Assembly (NCBI GenBank): GCA_910588975.1
Contig: CAJUSE010000004.1
Coordinates: 3,790-35,789, forward strand
Reading direction: 5' to 3'
DNA length: 32,000 nucleotides
Source: an uncultured Oscillospiraceae bacterium
GTDB lineage: Bacteria; Bacillota; Clostridia; Oscillospirales; Oscillospiraceae
Made by a program: the position numbers and the translations under genes. Shown here piece after piece: positions 23,095 through 29,456 of the stretch. How positions within the stretch are numbered: position 1 is the first letter of the stretch; every line of letters starts with the position of its first letter. Below the pieces are notes generated by a model. That model ran no database searches. It was given only the letters and a program-made list of their open reading frames with translations, and was not told the DNA's origin.

Positions 23095-25257
23095 ATGTCT
23101 GCACAGAACGGTATCAACGGCTGGGCCGGTACGATCCTGCGGGTCAACCTGACCACCGGCTCCATCACCCGGGAGGACACCCTCCCCAAGTATAAGCCCT
23201 TTGTGGGCGGCATGGGCATCGGCTACAAGATCATCTGGGACGAGGTCCCCATGGAGACCGAGCCCTTCAGCGAGGAGGCCAAGGTGGTCTTTAGCGTCGG
23301 CCCCCTGACCGGCTCCGGCGTGCCCTGCTCCGGCCGGACCACCATCACCCTGCTGTCCAACTGGTCCAAGGGCAAGTCCATCCTGGACGCCCACATGGGC
23401 GGCCATCTGGCCCACGGCATCAAGTATGCCGGCTATGATGCCATTGTCATCGAGGGCAAGGCCGACAAGCCTGTCTACGTGAAGATCGACGACGACAAGG
23501 TCACCATCGAGGATGCCTCCCACGTCTGGGGCAAGGGCACCTTCGAGACCAATAAGATCCTGGCCGGCGAGGCCGGCCCTGAGTTCGACGTGGCCTCCAT
23601 CGGCCCCGCCGGCGAGCACCTGCTGGGCTACTCCACCATCAACACCGCCTTCGGTAACTCTGGCGGCGCCGGTGTTGGCGGCGCCTTGGGTGCCAAGAAC
23701 ATGAAGGCTATTGTGGTCCGGGGCACCGGCGCTGTGAAGATCGCCGATCCCGTGGAGCACAAGAACCTGTGCGACTATATGATCCGGGACCTGGTTGGCG
23801 GCAACAACAACCACAACGTCCCCTCCCGTCCCCAGTCCTGGGCCGAGTACACCTCCACGGTGAAGAACCGTTGGCAGGGCGGCCCCGGCGTGGTGTGGGG
23901 CGCCGCTCCCTCCGGCCCCATCGACACCGGCGAGCAGCCCTCCGGCGACATCCAGGTGGCTGCTTACCGTGCCGTGAAGGGCGTGTTCGATTACGGTGAC
24001 ATCGTCCAGAAGTACATCGTCAAGTCCGGCGGCTGCGCCTCCTGCCCGGTCCGCTGCTACTCCGAGTACGAGGTGGACGTGCTGGCTGATTACGACCTGC
24101 CCACCAAGGTGTCCAACACCTGCGTGCCCTCCGGCAGCGTGCCCACCGCTTTCTACGCCAAGGGCTGCATGCATGACTTCAAGGAGGAGGGCGACTCCAA
24201 GATCGTCATCGGCCTCCACGGTGCTTACGTCATGGACGATCTGGGTCTGTGGGAGGACTACGCCAACCTGGGCCGTGATTTCGCCTGGTGCCTGGAGAAC
24301 GGTGTCTTTGAGAAGAAGCTGCCCAAGGAGGAGTACGACTCCATTCCCTGGCAGCTGATGAAGGACGGCGATCCCCGCTGGCTGGACGAGATCATGGGCC
24401 GCATCGCCCGCAAGGAGGGCGAGATCAGCATCATCGGCGAGGGCAGCTACTTCTTCTACAAGGCCTGGGGCCTGGATGATGCCGCCAAGAACGAGTGGGG
24501 CGTCAACATGTACGATAAGATCGGCGGCAACAACAACGTCACCTACAACGGCTTCCCCAAGCATCACTCCAGCGAGGATGGCTGGCAGTCCGGCCTGCTC
24601 TACAACGTGATGTATAACCGGGACTGTATGGTCCACGTGCTGACCAACTTCGTCCGTTCCGGCTCTCCCTTCGAGGAGGTCATTAAGCCGGTGCTGGAGA
24701 GCTACTTCGGCGAGGGCTGTGTGGACGCTCCCAAGGCCTACACCCCCATCAACGAGAACAAGGTCAAGCTGGCCAAGTGGTGCTTCCTGGAGAAGCAGTG
24801 GGCGGACTCCGCCACCCTGTGCGACTGGATGTACCCCATGACCCTGTCCACCTCTCCCGCCCGGAAGTACGTGGGCGACATCGAGCTGGACGCTAAGTAC
24901 ATGACCGCCGTCACCGGCGAGAACTGGACCATGGACGACATCTTCGAGGCCATGGAGCGCATCAGCGCCATGCTGCGGGCTATGACCGCCATCTCCTTCA
25001 AGATCCACGAGGGCGAGACCAACCTGCGCACCAGCCACGACCGGGTGCCCGATTGGGTGTTCGACAAGGATCCAGACTTCAAGGCCTTTGAGAAGGGCAC
25101 CGACAAGATGGATCGGGATGACTGGGAGAAGTCCCTGACCATGTTCTACGAGGCCATGGGTTACAGCACCGAGACCGGCATCCCCACCCGGGAGACCCTG
25201 GAGCGGCTGGATCTGGCCGATGTGGCCGACAGGCTGGAGGAGTACGAGCTCATCTAA
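23095..25257 (+). CDS. Aldehyde:ferredoxin oxidoreductase (AOR) family tungsto/molybdopterin enzyme, YdhV-like, with no signal peptide
   Basis: The AOR_N pattern is visible (GWAGTILRVNLTTGSI...VGGMGIGYKII...GPLTGSGVPCSGR...IGPAGEHL...GAKNMKAIVVRGTG). A CxxCxxxC [4Fe-4S] motif (CASCPVRC) lies at 24034-24057. The product is 720 aa. Confidence 0.85.
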   Translation: MSAQNGINGWAGTILRVNLTTGSITREDTLPKYKPFVGGMGIGYKIIWDEVPMETEPFSEEAKVVFSVGPLTGSGVPCSGRTTITLLSNWSKGKSILDAHMGGHLAHGIKYAGYDAIVIEGKADKPVYVKIDDDKVTIEDASHVWGKGTFETNKILAGEAGPEFDVASIGPAGEHLLGYSTINTAFGNSGGAGVGGALGAKNMKAIVVRGTGAVKIADPVEHKNLCDYMIRDLVGGNNNHNVPSRPQSWAEYTSTVKNRWQGGPGVVWGAAPSGPIDTGEQPSGDIQVAAYRAVKGVFDYGDIVQKYIVKSGGCASCPVRCYSEYEVDVLADYDLPTKVSNTCVPSGSVPTAFYAKGCMHDFKEEGDSKIVIGLHGAYVMDDLGLWEDYANLGRDFAWCLENGVFEKKLPKEEYDSIPWQLMKDGDPRWLDEIMGRIARKEGEISIIGEGSYFFYKAWGLDDAAKNEWGVNMYDKIGGNNNVTYNGFPKHHSSEDGWQSGLLYNVMYNRDCMVHVLTNFVRSGSPFEEVIKPVLESYFGEGCVDAPKAYTPINENKVKLAKWCFLEKQWADSATLCDWMYPMTLSTSPARKYVGDIELDAKYMTAVTGENWTMDDIFEAMERISAMLRAMTAISFKIHEGETNLRTSHDRVPDWVFDKDPDFKAFEKGTDKMDRDDWEKSLTMFYEAMGYSTETGIPTRETLERLDLADVADRLEEYELI

Positions 25258-25274
25258 GCAAAAGGAGAATTTTC

Positions 25275-25943
25275 ATGGCGTTTTTTGGAAGAAGAAAGCC
25301 GGGGTTTTCCAAGGAGGAGACCGTGGATCCCCGGACCCTTTCAGACGTCGTGGTTGAGGAGTATGGGAACAAATCTGGCACCACCGCCGATGAGGCGGTG
25401 GTGCCGGCTCCTGTTCAGGAGGAAGGACCCCTGCCGGCCAATATGGCCCAGGCCCTGGCCCAATTCGTTCGCAACCACAGCGCTGCCGGGATGCTGGTCT
25501 CGCTGAACCAGCTGACCGAAGAGGATCCCACCATCCCCACCCTGTTTGAGCAGATGCGGGCTGATCCCGCCTGCGGCGACATCGCCCTGCGCAAGACGGC
25601 GAAGGATACCTATCTCTATCAGGAGGGCTCCATGAGCGAGCTCTACCTGATGCTCAACACGCTGGTGCTGGATGACGATGCCAAGAATACCATTGTCACT
25701 CTGGTGCGCTACAACAGCAAGACCTACCCCTCTGTGACTCCCTATGACTACTTCACCCGCCCCCCCTTCTCCATGCCCATGGAGCGCATTGAGACGGCAA
25801 TTCAGGACATTTTGGACAGCGGTGAACCGGCGGATATCGCCAGGGTGGTCTCATCGGAGGGGAATTCCTACCTCTATTCCACGGACCATATCACGCCGGA
25901 GTATGCCAAGGGTCTGGCCGAGTTCGTGGAAGACAACGACTGA
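25275..25943 (+). CDS. Hypothetical acidic protein, paralog A (possibly YdhW-like, judged from operon position and size)
   Basis: The 222-aa product has no TM segment or signal peptide. Its C-terminal 150 aa or so align with the next ORF (CGDI/CQDI, YLY/YFY, TLV, VRYNSKTYP/VRFHAEKYP, TPYDYF/TPFTYF, EYAKGLAEF/KYGKALADF). Confidence 0.5.
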   Translation: MAFFGRRKPGFSKEETVDPRTLSDVVVEEYGNKSGTTADEAVVPAPVQEEGPLPANMAQALAQFVRNHSAAGMLVSLNQLTEEDPTIPTLFEQMRADPACGDIALRKTAKDTYLYQEGSMSELYLMLNTLVLDDDAKNTIVTLVRYNSKTYPSVTPYDYFTRPPFSMPMERIETAIQDILDSGEPADIARVVSSEGNSYLYSTDHITPEYAKGLAEFVEDND

Positions 25944-25958
25944 GAAGGAGGGTCCCCC

Positions 25959-26633
25959 ATGGCGCCTGAGGAGAAGATCAACAATCCCTTTTTTGAGGGC
26001 GAGAAGATCCCGGATGTGGAAGGGCGGCCGGATCTGCTGGAGTATCTGGAGTCCCTGCCCGAGGTGGAGGACACCATGCCCCCCATTCCAGAGAAGGAGC
26101 CTGAGCCCGAGCCGGAGTTCACCCCGGAGGAGGAGCTTGCCAACGTGATCCGGCGAGCCTCCGGCCGGAGCCGGCTGGTGAAAAAAAGCCAGATCCTGCA
26201 GGAGATCACCAGGGGTGAGGAGCTTTTGGGCCTTATGCTGGCCAGTGAGAGCTGCCAGGATATCCGCAGCAAAAGCGGCAAGGCTGAGATCTATTTTTAC
26301 TCCTCCCAGCACATGACGGACAACTATGCCATGATTGCCACCCTGGTGGAGGAGGCGGACGGCCCGGCCACCATTGCGCAGATGGTCCGCTTCCACGCTG
26401 AGAAGTATCCCGCCGCCACCCCCTTTACCTATTTTTTCGGCACGCCCTATAACTGGACGAGGGAGCAGTTCATGCTGGCCCTGGAACAGCTGCGGAAAAT
26501 TCCGGATTACGAGGACATCGTGGAGGTCCACGCCTACGATGATACCCCCTTCCTGATCTCCACCAAGTTTGTGACGGAGAAATACGGCAAGGCGCTGGCC
26601 GACTTCGGGCAGGAGAGCACGGAGAGCATGTAA
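25959..26633 (+). CDS. Hypothetical acidic protein, paralog B (possibly YdhW-like)
   Basis: The 224-aa product has a Pro/Glu-rich N-terminus (EKEPEPEPEFTPEEE). Its C-terminal domain is paralogous to 25275-25943. Confidence 0.5.
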   Translation: MAPEEKINNPFFEGEKIPDVEGRPDLLEYLESLPEVEDTMPPIPEKEPEPEPEFTPEEELANVIRRASGRSRLVKKSQILQEITRGEELLGLMLASESCQDIRSKSGKAEIYFYSSQHMTDNYAMIATLVEEADGPATIAQMVRFHAEKYPAATPFTYFFGTPYNWTREQFMLALEQLRKIPDYEDIVEVHAYDDTPFLISTKFVTEKYGKALADFGQESTESM

Positions 26634-26655
26634 AAACTACAGCAAGGAGAAACCC

Positions 26656-27360
26656 ATGGACGAACAGACGGCCCTGCCCATTCAGACCGTGACCGGGCTC
26701 CAGACCACGGCGGAGGGGGAGACCCTCCCTGTGGAGATGGCACTGCCTGTGGAGCACAAAATCGACATTTACGTGGACGGTGAGCTTTACCGCCCGGTGG
26801 TCTGCACCCCCACCATGCTGCCGCAGCTGGTGCTGGGGCGGCTGATTACCGACGGCGTGATCTGGGGCATAGAGGAGGTGGCCCAATGGGCCATCTCCCC
26901 GGCGGGGGACAGAGCCGACGTGGCGCTATCCCACAAGCCCCGGCCGGAAAGGGAGAGGCGGGATGCCCCTGCTGTTACGGACGGTATGATCCGCACAGCC
27001 CAGGCCAAGCTGGCCGAGGGAAATCCCCTTTACAAAGCTACCCGGGGGGTCCACTGCTGTATCCTGATCCACGGGGGCGAGCTCCGCTATGTCACCGAGG
27101 ATCTGTCCCGCCACAGCGCCCTGGACAAGGCGGTGGGAAGTGCCCTTTTGGCCGGGGTGGAGCTGGGGGAGTGTGTGCTTTTCTCCAGTGGCCGGGTGCC
27201 GACGGATATGCTCCAAAAGAGCATCAACGCCGGGATCCGGGCTCTGATCGCCAAGGCCATTCCCACCTATCAAAGTGTAGAGCTGGCCCGAAAGCAGGGC
27301 ATCACCCTCATCTGTGACGCCCGGGGGGGCAAGTACGCCCAGTTTTCCCCTTTGACTTGA
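26656..27360 (+). CDS. fdhD: FdhD-family protein (formate dehydrogenase accessory sulfurtransferase-like)
   Basis: RBS: aaggaga. FdhD-like blocks are visible (IDIYVDGELYRPVVCTPTMLPQLVLGRLITDGVI, EDLSRHSALDKAVG, SSGRVPTDMLQKSINAGIRALIAKAIPT). The product is short (234 aa) and contains no CxxC motif. Confidence 0.7.
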   Translation: MDEQTALPIQTVTGLQTTAEGETLPVEMALPVEHKIDIYVDGELYRPVVCTPTMLPQLVLGRLITDGVIWGIEEVAQWAISPAGDRADVALSHKPRPERERRDAPAVTDGMIRTAQAKLAEGNPLYKATRGVHCCILIHGGELRYVTEDLSRHSALDKAVGSALLAGVELGECVLFSSGRVPTDMLQKSINAGIRALIAKAIPTYQSVELARKQGITLICDARGGKYAQFSPLT

Positions 27361-27386
27361 CAAAGAGACTCCCGCTGTGGTATCCT
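27357..27386 (+). promoter_or_regulatory. Candidate promoter for the ABC importer operon
   Basis: TTGACA (27357-27362, overlapping the fdhD stop), an 18-nt spacer, then TATCCT (27381-27386), with TGg just upstream as an extended -10. Confidence 0.5.
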
Positions 27387-27404
27387 CAGTGGGAACACAA
27401 GAAC

Positions 27405-27520
27405 TGAATATGCTCCGAGCCGGCTGTACCTACGGGAGGGAACTCCTACGGTCCCCCGGCCACTGGGTCACATGGAAAACCATATGGCCTTCCGTTTTGA
27501 AAAGGGGCAGCTTGCATATC
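27405..27520 (+). promoter_or_regulatory. Structured 5' leader, candidate Moco/W-co riboswitch aptamer, copy R2
   Basis: It has the same blocks as R1: tgaatatgCTCCGAG (27405-27419) and CCTTCCGTTTTGAAAAGGGGC (27488-27508). A closing helix atatgc (27408-27413) pairs with gcatat (27514-27519). Internal hairpins are ggag-ggaa-ctcc (27435-27446) and ggcca...atgg-aaaa-ccat...tggcc (27458-27489). Confidence 0.5.
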
Positions 27521-27563
27521 GGGGACGCCCCTTTGGAGCGCCCCGGAATGGGTTGTACGCTCT

Positions 27564-27597
27564 GGACTCCTTTTCTTCGGAAAAGGAGTCCTTTTTT
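27564..27597 (+). terminator. Strong intrinsic terminator forming the expression platform of leader R2
   Basis: ggactcctttt-cttcgg-aaaaggagtcc followed by tttttt, about 50 nt upstream of the permease ATG. Confidence 0.8.
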
Positions 27598-27648
27598 GCT
27601 TATTTTGAGCCCTTCTGTCAGGCAGGGGGCGGGGAAAGGAGAGGGAAC

Positions 27649-28662
27649 ATGGAGGAAAAGCGAGCAAACCGCACCCTGTTGGCTCTGGGGCTTGCCCTGG
27701 CGGCTCTGGTGGCCCTGTCCTTCACCCTGGGCCGGTATGGTTTGGGGCTGGGAGAGCTGTGGCGTGTGCTCACCGGCACCCCCCTGGGCCTGCCGGCCAG
27801 CCAGATGACCCCCCAGCAAACAGTTGTGTGGAACATCCGCCTGCCCCGCATCCTGCTGTGCTGCCTGGTGGGGGCTTGCCTTGCCTCGGCAGGGGCCTGC
27901 TATCAGGGGGTGTTCCAGAATGCCATGGCCTCTCCCGACCTGCTGGGCTGCTCCCAGGGGGCTGCCTTTGGGGCGGCTCTGGCCATCCTGCTGGGGGCCG
28001 GCACCGCCGGGATCACCGCCTCGGCCTTCCTGTTCAGCCTGGTGACAGTGGCCCTTGTCTACCTCATTGGCCAGTATGCCCCTGGGCAGAAGGTGCTCAA
28101 TTTGGTGCTGGGGGGCGTGATGATCGGCTCCCTCTTCTCGGCGGGGACCTCCTTTATCAAGCTGGTGGCCGACCCGGGAGACCAGCTGCCCGCCATCACT
28201 TACTGGCTCATGGGCTCTCTGGCCGGGGCCAGGATGGAGACCGTACTGCTGGCTCTGGTGCCCATGCTGTTGGGCCTTGTGCCCCTGTTCCTGCTGCGCT
28301 GGAAGATCAACCTGCTGGTGATGGGGGAGGAGGAGGCCCGGGCCATGGGGGTGCATACCGACCGGCTGCGGCTGGTGGTGGTGCTGTGCGCCACCCTCAT
28401 TACGGCATCGGCGGTGTCAGTGAGCGGCCTCATTGGCTGGGTGGGGCTGGTGGTGCCCCACCTGTCCCGGATGCTGGTGGGCAGCAATTACAAGCACCTG
28501 CTGCCCTGCTCGGCCCTCTTTGGGGCGGGGTTCCTGCTCCTCACCGACAACGTCAGCCGAAATCTCTTTACCGCCGAGCTGCCCATCGGCATCCTGACGG
28601 CCTGGATCGGCGCTCCCTTTTTCATCTATCTCATGCTGCATCAGGGGAGGGGAGAGACATGA
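27649..28662 (+). CDS. FecCD/BtuC-family ABC transporter permease
   Basis: ATG at 27649 follows aaaggagaggg. The product has typical FecCD blocks (IRLPRILLCCLVGACLASAGACYQGVFQN, GIPMGILTA-like LPIGILTAWIGAPFFIYL). Confidence 0.85.
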   Translation: MEEKRANRTLLALGLALAALVALSFTLGRYGLGLGELWRVLTGTPLGLPASQMTPQQTVVWNIRLPRILLCCLVGACLASAGACYQGVFQNAMASPDLLGCSQGAAFGAALAILLGAGTAGITASAFLFSLVTVALVYLIGQYAPGQKVLNLVLGGVMIGSLFSAGTSFIKLVADPGDQLPAITYWLMGSLAGARMETVLLALVPMLLGLVPLFLLRWKINLLVMGEEEARAMGVHTDRLRLVVVLCATLITASAVSVSGLIGWVGLVVPHLSRMLVGSNYKHLLPCSALFGAGFLLLTDNVSRNLFTAELPIGILTAWIGAPFFIYLMLHQGRGET

Positions 28663-29456
28663 TAGAGGTCAAAGACCTGTGCTTTTCCTACCGCAGCCGG
28701 GAGGTACTCAAGGGGGTCTCCTTCCAGGCAAGGGAGGGTACGGTCAGCTTCGTGCTGGGGGCCAACGGAGCGGGCAAGACCACCCTGTTCCGCTGCCTGC
28801 TGGGCCTCTACAGGCCCAGCGCCGGGGCCGTGCTGCTGGATGGAGAGGACCTGACCAGGCTGCCGCCCCCCCAGCTGGCCAAACGGCTGGCCTATATTCC
28901 CCAGAGCCATGCCCCCGTTTTTGATTTCACCGTGCTGGACATGGTGCTCATGGGCACCAACCACGACCTTGGGACCTTTCGGTCCCCGGGGGCGGAGGAG
29001 CGCCGCCGGGCCATGTCCGCTCTGGAGCGGGTAGGGGCCCAGGAGCTGACCCACCGGGTGTTCCGCCGGCTCAGCGGGGGGGAGCAGCAGCTGGTCCTCA
29101 TTGCCCGGGCCCTGGCCCAGGGCTCCCGGGTGCTGGTTATGGACGAACCCACTGCCAATCTGGATTACGGCAATCAGCTTCTGGTGCTGGAGTGCGTCTG
29201 CCGGCTGGCAGAGGAGGGCTACACCGTCCTTATCTCCTCCCACGACCCCCAGCACGCCCTGTGGTATGCCCACCGGGTGCTGGCGCTGGACGGGGGCGTG
29301 GTGGTGGCCGACGGTCCCGCCGGGGAGGTGCTGGACGGCCCGCTGCTCCAACAGCTCTATGGCGTGGAGGCAGAGTTTGCGCAGGCGAGCTGCGGCCGGG
29401 TCATTGTCCCCAGGCAAATCAAAACGCACAAGGTGTATAAGGAGGAAATGGAATGA
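28659..29456 (+). CDS. ABC transporter ATP-binding protein (FepC/BtuD-like)
   Basis: ATGA overlap with the permease gene. Walker A is GANGAGKTT, the ABC signature is LSGGEQQ and Walker B is VLVMDEP. Confidence 0.9.
   Translation: MIEVKDLCFSYRSREVLKGVSFQAREGTVSFVLGANGAGKTTLFRCLLGLYRPSAGAVLLDGEDLTRLPPPQLAKRLAYIPQSHAPVFDFTVLDMVLMGTNHDLGTFRSPGAEERRRAMSALERVGAQELTHRVFRRLSGGEQQLVLIARALAQGSRVLVMDEPTANLDYGNQLLVLECVCRLAEEGYTVLISSHDPQHALWYAHRVLALDGGVVVADGPAGEVLDGPLLQQLYGVEAEFAQASCGRVIVPRQIKTHKVYKEEME

Noticed and set aside
23074-25038. A 654-aa ORF antisense to the AOR gene. Similar long antisense or alternative-frame ORFs occur at 9021-11090, 2551-3351, 27430-28356, 28641-29429, 29768-30562, 7888-8613 and 137-637, among others.
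   Set aside because: Their translations are low-complexity and rich in Gly/Ala/Pro/Arg/His, as expected from stop-codon depletion in about 65% GC DNA. Each lies opposite or out of frame to an ORF with clear family motifs and RBS signals.
27390-27520. A cobalamin riboswitch as the identity of leader R2. This was suggested by GGGAA at 27391, GCCACTG at 27459-27465, and the BtuCDF-like transporter downstream.
   Set aside because: I could not find the GGTG..AA.TCC core or a B12 box. The same conserved blocks recur in R1 upstream of the Tat/AOR operon, where cobalamin control makes little sense. The alternative is kept open in the finding because only a covariance-model search can decide.
27472-27648. 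The N-terminal extension of the permease ORF (track 27472-28662), and ORF 27759-28658 fused upstream of the ATPase gene.
   Set aside because: The first runs through the leader RNA and its intrinsic terminator. The second is an alternative frame inside the permease gene. True starts with RBS and ATGA coupling are at 27649 and 28659.
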